Assembly: GCA_040879435.1 (NCBI GenBank)
Contig: JBBDKG010000010.1
Location: 2,019-66,018 of the forward strand
Source of the DNA: Minisyncoccota bacterium
GTDB taxonomy: Bacteria > Patescibacteriota > Minisyncoccia > Phycocordibacterales > UBA918
Direction of reading: 5' to 3'
DNA: 64,000 nucleotides
Each line of letters begins with the position of its first letter. The first letter of the stretch is position 1. Made by a program: the position numbers and the translations under genes. This document shows positions 29,510-39,103 of the stretch, piece by piece. A model generated the notes under the pieces. The model searched no databases and had not been told where the DNA came from. It saw nothing but the letters and a program-made list of their open reading frames with translations.

Positions 29510-30727
29510 TCATTGTCGTGGCACTTCATGCAGACACGCGGCTTTCCACGGCTCAGGTATGCCATTACAAATCTGATAAAATCCGTCGGACTCGACCGTA
29601 AATACATAGGTTGCGTACTGCAACATCTTCTCATAGCACGCTTTGTGTGAATTCGTCGCCTCCGCCGCCTCGCACACACTGAGCGCTTTTGCGATATTGC
29701 GGTTGTCAGTCTCTACTAGGCGTGCCGCCGCGTTCGCAAAGCAGATGCTCTCGTACGGCGAACGCACATTCGGACAAAATGATGTCGCCCACTCGGTGCT
29801 CAAGTTCGCGCCGGCCATCGCAAGGAAGAACACACCGGAAAGACACCGCGTATGTTGCCAATCATTGAAATCAACACGGTCACAAAGATCAACGATCGCT
29901 GATGGATCATCGAGCATCTCCGCAAACGGCGGCCAACCCTCACTGATGCACGAACCGTATTTCGCTCCTTCAAACTGCGAACAGAATGTGTTCACTTCTT
30001 CGGGCGTCTCGACCTCCTTCCCTTCGATAAGGGCGAAGTCCTCAGGCTCGAGCGGCTGGTAGATCTGCATGAACGCGCCATCATAGCAGAGCTGACGTTC
30101 CGCATCTTGGTTGTCGGGATTCCCGTCGACGAGCCGGTCACACAATTCAAGCGAATCATGAATGTCAGCGCCGGTCACATACATCGTCAAATGGCCGAGT
30201 GCGTGAATACAGGTCGCCTCGCCCATACCGGTCGGCTCCCACCCATCGCGCGCCTGACACACGCCCGCAAGTTCTCCTTCGATCTCACGTACATCACGTC
30301 CCTCCATCGAGTCCACACGGAACCGTTCCTGAAATGCTCCGTGGATCGCTCCGTTCGAACAGATACCGAGCGGTGCTTTTGCAATGACATCCTTCCACCG
30401 CTCCGGGTCTTTTGCTGTTTCCTTTGCTGAGAGTTCATGCCCGAGGACATGGCAGTACTGGTACGAAGGATCGAGGTCCTGTACGATCCGGGTGATTGAG
30501 AACGCCTCCAACATACTATATCCATTGTCCATCACCTTCGGAATCTCTTCGTCATAGCAAGATGGCCGATATGCTGCGTCAGCACAGGTCGCCACAATGC
30601 TACGCGCGACCGATTCGTGCGTGTCTGAGGTGTGGGTGAACAATGCCCCCACAAACAGAGCGAGCCCAAGCCCCGCACCGAACACGGTGACCATGAAAAT
30701 ACGGGGATGTCGTTTGAGAATACGCAT
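29510..30727 (-). CDS. Cys/His-rich secreted protein, paralog B
   Basis: 405 aa. N-terminal anchor. Motifs YCHVLGHELS, CSNGAIHGAF and CIHALGHLTMY. About 16 Cys. Confidence 0.6.
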   Translation of the reverse strand: MRILKRHPRIFMVTVFGAGLGLALFVGALFTHTSDTHESVARSIVATCADAAYRPSCYDEEIPKVMDNGYSMLEAFSITRIVQDLDPSYQYCHVLGHELSAKETAKDPERWKDVIAKAPLGICSNGAIHGAFQERFRVDSMEGRDVREIEGELAGVCQARDGWEPTGMGEATCIHALGHLTMYVTGADIHDSLELCDRLVDGNPDNQDAERQLCYDGAFMQIYQPLEPEDFALIEGKEVETPEEVNTFCSQFEGAKYGSCISEGWPPFAEMLDDPSAIVDLCDRVDFNDWQHTRCLSGVFFLAMAGANLSTEWATSFCPNVRSPYESICFANAAARLVETDNRNIAKALSVCEAAEATNSHKACYEKMLQYATYVFTVESDGFYQICNGIPEPWKAACLHEVPRQ

Positions 30728-30776
30728 GAGAAACGTGTGTGAGAGTATCGTACCATGTGGCCATTCGGCCGGTAGT

Positions 30777-31784
30777 TTAGATGAGATCGTGACTCATAAG
30801 GCAGCGTCTATGGTATTCACCATCGAGCGAGTCACACAAACGCTCCCATTCGTCTTTGAACGCCGGTTGATTCGACACAATCCATACCGCACCTTCGATA
30901 CAGAGCATTTCACCTTCACGATCGGGCATAGTGCCGCATGCAGCAAGCATTTCGTCGACATCATACTCCTGTAGCCCGGCGATCACGTTCCCGGCACCGC
31001 GATAACAGGCCTCCCTGCCCTTTTGGTCCTCGATTTCGCTGCACAAATCGCCAACAGCAGCGTAGTCCTGCCCGTTGAGCGCACTCCACCATGCAGGCTG
31101 TTCAAAGTAGCAGGCTTCGATGTATCGGTCGTCGACCTCCGTACACGGGTGGTGCATACCCCACTCACCAGGTTGACGCATGTCCGCCTGCTGCATGGTC
31201 GCAAAGTTGTATTCCATAAAGACACCGCTCGTACAGCCGCCGATCGGACCCTGCCAATTGAGTCGCATGCACGCCTCAAGCGACTTGTTCAGCTCGTCGT
31301 ACCCGAGTTCAGCAATGACACCATGACCGATCCCGTGCTGACACCCAAGCCCTTTTGGTCCATACGCATCAATGCACGCCTGATCGAGTTCGCTGAGAAT
31401 GGAAAGTCCGTTCTCGATGAGCGCCCGTCCGAAAAAGCTGTGGTAGCAGCCGAACCCATAGCCACTATCGCAAACTGCAACACCCGGTATCCCTTCCGTT
31501 TTGTACAGAGCCTCACCGAAAACGTGCGCATAACTATGCTGCTGTACCTCGCTTAGATGCGAATACACTTCACCAAACCACATATACGCCTTCCGTCCGC
31601 CTTTTTCCGCAACAGCAGCCGCCCAGAACGCTGCAACTTCGGGATCCTCCGCCGGAAGCTCTTTTATTGCCGCTGCTCTGGCCTCGGTCGCTTCGGCAGT
31701 GGCTCCTCGTTCAAGCACCGTCGCACCGATGACGCCTATGGCGACACACGCGAGTATGATACTAATGCGTTGGTACTGTTTCAT
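30777..31784 (-). CDS. Cys/His-rich secreted protein, paralog C
   Basis: 335 aa. N-terminal anchor. Motifs GCYHSFFGRAL, GCQHGIGHGVIAE and GCTSGVFMEY. About 16 Cys. Confidence 0.6.
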   Translation of the reverse strand: MKQYQRISIILACVAIGVIGATVLERGATAEATEARAAAIKELPAEDPEVAAFWAAAVAEKGGRKAYMWFGEVYSHLSEVQQHSYAHVFGEALYKTEGIPGVAVCDSGYGFGCYHSFFGRALIENGLSILSELDQACIDAYGPKGLGCQHGIGHGVIAELGYDELNKSLEACMRLNWQGPIGGCTSGVFMEYNFATMQQADMRQPGEWGMHHPCTEVDDRYIEACYFEQPAWWSALNGQDYAAVGDLCSEIEDQKGREACYRGAGNVIAGLQEYDVDEMLAACGTMPDREGEMLCIEGAVWIVSNQPAFKDEWERLCDSLDGEYHRRCLMSHDLI

Positions 31785-33022
31785 ACGCCGAGAACGTCAG
31801 TGCACTCTGGCTGCCATGAATCCGGAAGCGCAGCACAGAACGACGAACGGTACGCCGGATCGGGGTTATAGTTCATGACATTTCTAATTCCGGTACGATA
31901 GCAGTCGTCGACAAGTGCAGCATCATTGACGAGTGCACAGTAGTTAACAACAGCCTCATACGGTTTTTCTCCACCCCAATACAGTGAGTCCACGGTCGAC
32001 GAGACGCAGTGCGCACGACCGTCCTCCGGTTCGGCCAGAAGACACCACTCATACATGGTCTCCAGATGGTCATCGCGCGGAACTTCCGCCACAAAGTCGC
32101 GACCGGTCGCTATGCCGATGAATTCTTTTCCGAGTCCTCCAAAGCACGCCCATCGGTTCCCGGTCTCTTCCATAGGTATCTCGTCACAAAGCTCAAACGT
32201 CTTCTCGAACACATCAGGTGACGGACGTGCCATATCCGCCCCGAACGCTTCGAACGCGAACGGTGTCATGTATATGTAGCAGATCTGACGGAAGTTCTCA
32301 GGCACGATGTCGTCGGTGCAAAGCCCGAACGGATCGTCGGTCTTTAGATACTCATCGCGGCGGAGACGCCAGTTCTCCGGGTCATGCCCACCCCCGCCGA
32401 TGATCTCCATGATCGCGCCGCCGAAACACTCTACCGCCTCCTGCTGCTGAAACTCGTCGGTACCGAACTTTCCGCACATTGCGATCGTACGGTCCATTTC
32501 ATACGCGTTGTATGCAAGCACTCCGTGTCCAAGTCCATGGAAACACATTGTATATGCACCGTCCCCGCCCGGGGCGTTGTGGCAGGCTTCACGAATTTTG
32601 GACAGTGCTCCCTCGCCGAACTCGAGGAGTGCACCGATCACCATCGTATGCGAACACGCGTTGCGGAAGTCATGTGTGCAGTGCGCCATGCCATCAATTC
32701 CCTCTTGTTCATACATGATCTCTCCCACTTCATGCCCAAGGAGATGCTGGTCGAGTCCGAACGGGAACGGCGCTACCTTCATGAGGCTGAATGCATACAC
32801 TCCACCCTTCTCGGCTGCGATACCTTTGAAGAGCTCAATGAATTCATTGAATGGCGCTTGCTGGTCGGTGAGTGATGCGACCTGTTCTATGTCGCTTTCG
32901 GATACCGTGCCGGGTATGGACGCCATTCCTGATATCGAATCAAAAATGAGTACCGTTGCAAGAACGACCACAAGTACCAATAGACCGCCGACCGCATACT
33001 TCATACTGACACAGTCTACCAA
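31781..33022 (-). CDS. Cys/His-rich secreted protein, paralog D
   Basis: 413 aa. N-terminal anchor. Motifs HLLGHEVGE, CFHGLGHGVLAYN and ECFGGAIMEI. 4-nt overlap with paralog C. Confidence 0.6.
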   Translation of the reverse strand: MVDCVSMKYAVGGLLVLVVVLATVLIFDSISGMASIPGTVSESDIEQVASLTDQQAPFNEFIELFKGIAAEKGGVYAFSLMKVAPFPFGLDQHLLGHEVGEIMYEQEGIDGMAHCTHDFRNACSHTMVIGALLEFGEGALSKIREACHNAPGGDGAYTMCFHGLGHGVLAYNAYEMDRTIAMCGKFGTDEFQQQEAVECFGGAIMEIIGGGGHDPENWRLRRDEYLKTDDPFGLCTDDIVPENFRQICYIYMTPFAFEAFGADMARPSPDVFEKTFELCDEIPMEETGNRWACFGGLGKEFIGIATGRDFVAEVPRDDHLETMYEWCLLAEPEDGRAHCVSSTVDSLYWGGEKPYEAVVNYCALVNDAALVDDCYRTGIRNVMNYNPDPAYRSSFCAALPDSWQPECTDVLGV

Positions 33023-33142
33023 GCATCAGGAGTCCTGTCGCACGCACATATAAACCCGGATGTCTTGAGATATCACCTCCCTCATGCTACTGTTGCCGCG
33101 GACATTCTGTCCTTTCAACACTGTCTGAGAAGGAAAAGGACG

Positions 33143-34429
33143 ATGAGAACAACTCTCCTCGCCTGTGCGGCAAGCACCGCACTACTGTGGGTGGCGCCGG
33201 CATACGCTGCTTTCGAACATTGTGACACCGTCGAGGAACTCACACTCGATTCATGGCGCTGCGGCGACAAGATGGTGCCACTGTGCCTTGCGCTGATGCC
33301 GTCGGAGAATCCGGATGACCCGGACAACCCAGGCCCAAGCCTCTTCGAACAACACTGTGTGGACGTACATCTGCGCATCCACAAGAGCGCCGAGACGCTC
33401 CGTACGGACTTCTACCGCGAACCGGAAGTGCCGATCGATGGTTCGACGACGTTCGAGGCGGCGCTCGCACTTCCTTCTGACGTCAAGTGGTCGATTGTCG
33501 GCGCGTTCGCCGGCAACAACCAGATGTTGGTCGGCACGGTCGAACCAAAGGACTTTCTCGGCAACATCTTCGGAACGGGGCGCTGCCCCGATACGGACGA
33601 ACGAGTCGTCGGCGGCGCCATCCATGACTGGCGGAATATCACTGACCCGGAGAAGGTCACGTACACACAGACCTCGAAGTCGGGAAACACGATCCAGACG
33701 ATCAGCCAGCTTCGCGAATGGAAACGCACAGGCGTACTCCCCGCGGATACGGCTATCGTCTGCGGTGCCCGATTCTCGGTTCCGGGAAACGAATACCGTC
33801 CGTCCGGCGAAGGCATCGGTGAGCATTACGTGCTCATCGAGGAAGAAAACAAGCGACTTACGGCCGGACGTGTCGATATGCTACGCCAGGGGAAATACCA
33901 GGGCGCAAGCATTGTCGCCGAATACTACTTCAATATCCGGCGGCAGATCCCCAACCTGCGTGTCTACGATGTCGGCATCGGTCCGGATTCGTTCGTCTCT
34001 GCGGGCTTGTTCGTGAAGAACGAAAAGCTCGACGAGAAGCACGAGGCATTTTGCCGGTTCAATCAGGCGATTCAGAAAGCGCTCGACCAGCTCTTTGCTG
34101 GTTCGGTGACCAAGGTCGGTGACAGCTACGTGCTGGACGATGCTGCCGCGGCCGGAGCGTTCCATGATTTCATGCGCGTCCTTCCGTTCGAGAGCACTGA
34201 CATCGCTCTCACCAACTCACTCAAGGGAGCGCTGGAGATCCGGAGCCAGTCCACGGACATCGATCACTACCAGACCTTCCGTGCACGCCTCGATTTCTTG
34301 GGGTTCGCTCGAGAGAATCTCTGGTGGGGTACGAAACCGACCGAGGTGCAGCTTCAGACCTTTAGGGACTGGTTCGATGTCCCCGATGTCGGGTACATCG
34401 ACCCGTGCACCTACGAACCGAAGGCGTGA
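33143..34429 (+). CDS. ABC transporter substrate-binding protein (NMT1/SsuA/TauA-like)
   Basis: Start at the ATG at 33143 preceded by AGGAAAAGGA. Signal peptide MRTTLLACAASTALLWVAPAYAA. Periplasmic-binding-protein fold inferred from overall sequence character. Confidence 0.55.
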   Translation: MRTTLLACAASTALLWVAPAYAAFEHCDTVEELTLDSWRCGDKMVPLCLALMPSENPDDPDNPGPSLFEQHCVDVHLRIHKSAETLRTDFYREPEVPIDGSTTFEAALALPSDVKWSIVGAFAGNNQMLVGTVEPKDFLGNIFGTGRCPDTDERVVGGAIHDWRNITDPEKVTYTQTSKSGNTIQTISQLREWKRTGVLPADTAIVCGARFSVPGNEYRPSGEGIGEHYVLIEEENKRLTAGRVDMLRQGKYQGASIVAEYYFNIRRQIPNLRVYDVGIGPDSFVSAGLFVKNEKLDEKHEAFCRFNQAIQKALDQLFAGSVTKVGDSYVLDDAAAAGAFHDFMRVLPFESTDIALTNSLKGALEIRSQSTDIDHYQTFRARLDFLGFARENLWWGTKPTEVQLQTFRDWFDVPDVGYIDPCTYEPKA

Positions 34430-34530
34430 TGCGCCGAGCGGGCAAGCGAAAACTTGCCCGCTTTTTTCTTGCACCGATTCGTGTATAGTTGAGTCAGATA
34501 CGGTCATTCTGGACAGAAAGGAGAAGGCCC

Positions 34531-35391
34531 ATGTGGGAACGGAATGCCTCAAAGTTCATGACAGGTGGAGACTCACGCTGGCGTACTGTTGCGGTCGTGT
34601 CCATCCTCATGGTGGGCATCCCGTTACTACTCGTTGAATACTGGGCACACACCGTGTCTGGATTTGCAGCACGCTACTCGCACCCAAGCGCAGTATTCTG
34701 GATACTGGTGAATGATTTCCACCTTATCTGGCCCCGCTTTACAGCCACTGCGTGGCGCGGGATGGTGGGCATTTTGGCCGCAGGCCTTATTGCTTATCCG
34801 CTCGGCGTACTGTTCATATGCATCGGTCCGCTGACGAGATTCTTTTTTCTTGTCACACTCGCGCTCCTTGTAATGCCAAAGCTCAATGTAGCGCTGGTGG
34901 CCCAGTGGACGTACGGATACGGCGAAACGTCGATGTATATCATATCTTTCTGGATCGGCTGCGTCTTTATGTTCGCCAGTGGATTTCTTGGCGCACTCCT
35001 TCTCCATACGTTTCAGCGTGTAGAGAAGGATGCTGATTCGATCTTCCAGGCATCTGCGCTTGATGGCACACGATTCTGGGCACATTACCGTATGGCCATG
35101 CAGATGCTGCGGGCACATCACGTCAGTTCCCTCCAGATTCTGGCTATGGCGATCTGGACCTCTCTCACTTTCTCCGAGGCGATCTCAAGCGTGATCGGAC
35201 TTGGCGAACGTATGCATGACAAGGTCCGCCTTGAAAGCACTATCGGCTACGCTTGGGCGATGTCATTCCTGATCATTCTTCTCGAAGTAGCATCGTTTAT
35301 CGCGATCGCATACATCGGATACCTAGCAAACGTGCGGGTACCGATTATACCGGCTCGCACGAACGACCGAACTCCACCTTCCGCAGAGTAA
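34531..35391 (+). CDS. ABC transporter permease (binding-protein-dependent inner-membrane component)
   Basis: AAGGAGAAGG Shine-Dalgarno before the ATG at 34531. Six hydrophobic segments and an EAA-like loop (FQASALDGTRFWAHYRMAMQML). No ATPase gene adjacent in the window. Confidence 0.6.
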   Translation: MWERNASKFMTGGDSRWRTVAVVSILMVGIPLLLVEYWAHTVSGFAARYSHPSAVFWILVNDFHLIWPRFTATAWRGMVGILAAGLIAYPLGVLFICIGPLTRFFFLVTLALLVMPKLNVALVAQWTYGYGETSMYIISFWIGCVFMFASGFLGALLLHTFQRVEKDADSIFQASALDGTRFWAHYRMAMQMLRAHHVSSLQILAMAIWTSLTFSEAISSVIGLGERMHDKVRLESTIGYAWAMSFLIILLEVASFIAIAYIGYLANVRVPIIPARTNDRTPPSAE

Positions 35392-35406
35392 CCTGCGGGA
35401 GGTGTT

Positions 35407-36666
35407 TTATTTACCACCACGCTCCTCGATAAATCGGATACGCTTACGTCCTTCACGACTGAGAGTCCTGACCGATCGACACTGCATCGCCGGTACGAGA
35501 CCGCGCGAAACAGCGTCGGCGTACGTCCGGTCTGGTGAGATGCGCACCGCTTGCATGAATGCATCAATAAATGACCGCTCATCAAACGGACCGCGTGGTA
35601 ACACCCACAGTTCTGCTTGCATTGGTACAGTATCGGTCACCGGTGTGTAGTGAAGTTCAAAATCAGGCATAACAAGATCATGAAACGTACCGATCGCACG
35701 TTCGAACTCAGACGCCTGTAACTGTCCGCCTGGTATTCTGATCCGGTCAAGCTCCCGGCGTCCACGCGTTGCATACCGCCGCTGCCACGGGTCCTCGTGA
35801 TAGGTCGTGTACATAGCAAGGTCACCCATTCTATATCGGAGGAGAGGCGATGGATTATTCTCAGTCCACATCATGGTGACGACGACCTCTCCCTCCTTCC
35901 CGGTCTCTTCGATGACCGTACCTGTGTCGGGATCGATCAGTTCCATGTACAGATGTTCAGATGTTGAGAATATCGTACCTAGCTCCATATCAAATTCATC
36001 GACCGAGTATCCAAGCCGTGTTTCGTGGATCTCGGTCGCCCCGTACAGCGTATACACGAGCGCACCTGGAAATGCTGTTTTCAACTTTACATACTGTGCC
36101 GGTGTCACCCGTTCACCGAACGTGTACACGACCGCGACACCCTCACGGAGTCCGTACCGGTCGAGCTGCTGAATGAACATATCGTACGCAAACAACCAAC
36201 AGCCGACCACATTGATCGGCAAGCCTTCAGCCAATCGCACCGCCGCTCCCACCGCATGCAAGTCTCCTCCAATAAAGGGAATGTTCGGATATTTGAGACG
36301 AAAACCGTTCTCGACCGCATAACTAATGTCTCCAAGACTGAGTACACCTGTGGGCTGTATGCGTTCGAATAACTCATCATATCGCCAGGTGAAGTTCCGC
36401 AATGTCATTAACACCTCACCGCCCGAGGTACCTGACGATGTGCGGATCATGTCGGCGTTCGAAAGGTCGGTGAAGGTTCGTTCGAGTAACGGTACCTGCT
36501 GAAGATCAGCCTTGGTGACGAACGGAAGCGAACGCCAGGCATCCAAAGTATCGACATGGAAGTCAGGTCGCACGCGGTCACCATAGAGGTCACGATAAAA
36601 ACTCGCACGGTCGTTGTGGTATGCGTATTGAAACATCGCATCAAGTTTTGAAAGGTAGTTCAGCAT
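35407..36666 (-). CDS. adenylate-forming enzyme of the PaaK/CapK/coenzyme F390 synthetase family, copy 1
   Basis: 419 aa. AMP-binding motif IRTSSGTSGGEVLM, and YGATE and later conserved blocks of phenylacetate-CoA-ligase-like enzymes. Confidence 0.7.
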   Translation of the reverse strand: MLNYLSKLDAMFQYAYHNDRASFYRDLYGDRVRPDFHVDTLDAWRSLPFVTKADLQQVPLLERTFTDLSNADMIRTSSGTSGGEVLMTLRNFTWRYDELFERIQPTGVLSLGDISYAVENGFRLKYPNIPFIGGDLHAVGAAVRLAEGLPINVVGCWLFAYDMFIQQLDRYGLREGVAVVYTFGERVTPAQYVKLKTAFPGALVYTLYGATEIHETRLGYSVDEFDMELGTIFSTSEHLYMELIDPDTGTVIEETGKEGEVVVTMMWTENNPSPLLRYRMGDLAMYTTYHEDPWQRRYATRGRRELDRIRIPGGQLQASEFERAIGTFHDLVMPDFELHYTPVTDTVPMQAELWVLPRGPFDERSFIDAFMQAVRISPDRTYADAVSRGLVPAMQCRSVRTLSREGRKRIRFIEERGGK

Positions 36667-37478
36667 GGCGTTATGGTATATGCCTTCTGTTGGCTGATCG
36701 TTTCAGTCGGTGCGCATGAGAACGGGAGCCGATACCTACACAATGGCAATACTGACTCATCAACACCGGTGATAAACGTACCATCCTCATTGAACTCCCA
36801 AAGATAGCGACGATCGAGGTGGAACGTGTCCGTCGACCCGAGAAGTGGAAAGGACTGGTATGCAATGACATGCCCCGGAAACAGATGTATCTCAAGTGTG
36901 GTGTTCGCATTAGGTACCGTGCACGACGCGAGATCGATCGGCAACTCATCAACACCAGCAAACGCAACGACAGTCTTGATAATGTCAGTGACGCCACGGC
37001 GCTGAAGTTCATTTTGTAGCGCCGCAACATCAGCTATATGCGCGACCAGAAATGTTGGCTGCGCTTGTCGGACGATCTCAGCTGCAAGCGGCGTGTTGGT
37101 AAATGATTCGCGCGTCACAAAGAGACCATGTCGTCGTGCCTGCAGGTGGAACGGGTACACGAATTGCCACAGACCGGGTGCAAACAACATCACACCACCG
37201 TGTGGTTTATAAAAGCGGTATTGCTCATCAAGCGATCGCCACTGCGGGAATTGGTACTGCGGGATCGGATCAGACAAATCATCATCGTTCCGGATGAATC
37301 GTGACGGAATACGGTTGATGATCGTCCGTTTCAATCGTTGCGCTTCCGCTACGATACGCTGGCTACACGTATCAGGCGTGTCGAGTTCCAATGCGGTCAG
37401 ATCATGGGTGCCATATCGATCATCGAGTACACGTTCGAGGTCTGGCAACGTTGCAGGATACAGTGATTCAGCATGCAT
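36660..37478 (-). CDS. hypothetical protein, translationally coupled partner of adenylating enzyme copy 1
   Basis: 272 aa. Its last codons overlap the downstream enzyme start by 7 nt. No recognisable motif. Confidence 0.5.
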   Translation of the reverse strand: MHAESLYPATLPDLERVLDDRYGTHDLTALELDTPDTCSQRIVAEAQRLKRTIINRIPSRFIRNDDDLSDPIPQYQFPQWRSLDEQYRFYKPHGGVMLFAPGLWQFVYPFHLQARRHGLFVTRESFTNTPLAAEIVRQAQPTFLVAHIADVAALQNELQRRGVTDIIKTVVAFAGVDELPIDLASCTVPNANTTLEIHLFPGHVIAYQSFPLLGSTDTFHLDRRYLWEFNEDGTFITGVDESVLPLCRYRLPFSCAPTETISQQKAYTITPC

Positions 37479-37483
37479 ACACT

Positions 37484-39103
37484 CTACTCTACCGTATAAA
37501 CATCAGCGGACAATGATTTCTGTTCGAGAATAAAAGACGCGAGCGTTTCGATAGGGACTGTGGCCTGGAGTGCCCCCCGATACAACACGAGACCGCTCGC
37601 CGGATCAAGCTCCCCCGCTCGTTCCCGAAGGAAACGGACCGGCTCAGTGTATAGGGTGGCATTGGCAGCAAGAAAGAGTGAGGTGTAGTAGCTACGGGTG
37701 AAGAGCAGTGATTCGATGGGTATCTCCATAACCTCAAAGACATATCGACTGGTCGCCGCCATATCATCGATCCTGCTTATTTCCGTCTCAAACCATGCGC
37801 TTTGCGCCCGCCAGAGCGTCACCATATCGATCAGGCGGTAAACGGTCGCCTCATCCAGGACCCCTGCCGGGTCGTCGGTGGTATTGAGAAATGCAGTGAC
37901 GTGCCCTATATACGCATCGTAGTCTGCCGCATTGAGCACACTGTCTTCCAGACGGATCTTTTGTTCATACGTGCGAGCTTGCGCAAGCGGCTCGGGAAGC
38001 TCCACAACATCATACGATGTGAGGAGTGGTTCAGAGTGAAGTGTCTCAAACATCCACTGCACTGTTCGTACTGTACCGGAATCAAGTCCGTAGTCGATGC
38101 AAAGGTATGGATTCATCTGCTGGTAGACGTACGTGGCCCCGGTCCTGGCAAGTGCAGTTTCGAACGGAGAGGTCTGTTGCGCCGTATCATGAAAAAGAAT
38201 CTCACTGACGGGAGTGAGCCAGAAGACCGGACGACCGCTATATCGTGACGACCGCCAAAAATAGAGATAGGTTGCTGACTGATCGACCGTGCATTCGGCT
38301 TCCGGTATATACACAAGTGGCAACGTATGTGGGTCACGGTCGAGATATGCAACTGGAGCGAACGGACCGGCGTCCACCATCACGGCGCGCAACGCCTCAG
38401 TTCGTTGAGATAGATCTTCCGCCGGTCGCGTCGCACGCACACTATTCTGATTTGTATACAGTGGAATAGCCGCGTCACACGCGCCACGTTCTGCGGCTGG
38501 GAGCAGGCACCGAAGACGCTGCATACTCTGTGCCAGCAGATCATCTGCACGAACATAGATATCTGCTAATGTCCCGGCGATGTACTCAAGCGATGTCGCC
38601 CCGGCCGGTGTGCTCAATTCAATGTCGGGAGCCTCGGTATACATAGCGTCTGAGAGTATCCGAGCGTCACTGCGCAGGAATGCAAGACTGCGCGCAAGCA
38701 GTACATGGTACCGAATTGCTCTCCAGTAACTCGGCTTCGCAATGAACACTCGCCTGGCGTCCTCGAGCTCAGGCAACGAAGTGAGAAACGCCATTGGATA
38801 CAACGCAGCATCAATGATCTCCTGTTCATGTTCGGCATACCGTCCCGTATATACATCGCGACTTTCTGCGAGCGCCTCGAGTGACCGTTCAAGTTCAGTC
38901 ACATTCGTTTCGGGGAGTGCAAGGATCGGGTCATACAGAGTTGTACGCCACACTGCATGTAGCCGCACAGGCACACTCCCGTCACTGTTGTCGAGATGCG
39001 GTTCGTACACGCGTGTAGCTAGAACAAACAATGTGACCGCAATACCGACCATCAATACAGCGAAGAGCGTGTAGCGGATGTTTCTCATATCACTGACGTT
39101 CAT
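37484..39103 (-). CDS. large membrane-anchored extracytoplasmic protein L1, unknown function
   Basis: Preferred start MNVSDMRNIRYTLFAVLMVGIAVTLFV (signal anchor). The ORF-track extension to 39295 overlaps the upstream gene and is Arg/Ser-rich junk. Confidence 0.55.
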   Translation of the reverse strand: MNVSDMRNIRYTLFAVLMVGIAVTLFVLATRVYEPHLDNSDGSVPVRLHAVWRTTLYDPILALPETNVTELERSLEALAESRDVYTGRYAEHEQEIIDAALYPMAFLTSLPELEDARRVFIAKPSYWRAIRYHVLLARSLAFLRSDARILSDAMYTEAPDIELSTPAGATSLEYIAGTLADIYVRADDLLAQSMQRLRCLLPAAERGACDAAIPLYTNQNSVRATRPAEDLSQRTEALRAVMVDAGPFAPVAYLDRDPHTLPLVYIPEAECTVDQSATYLYFWRSSRYSGRPVFWLTPVSEILFHDTAQQTSPFETALARTGATYVYQQMNPYLCIDYGLDSGTVRTVQWMFETLHSEPLLTSYDVVELPEPLAQARTYEQKIRLEDSVLNAADYDAYIGHVTAFLNTTDDPAGVLDEATVYRLIDMVTLWRAQSAWFETEISRIDDMAATSRYVFEVMEIPIESLLFTRSYYTSLFLAANATLYTEPVRFLRERAGELDPASGLVLYRGALQATVPIETLASFILEQKSLSADVYTVE

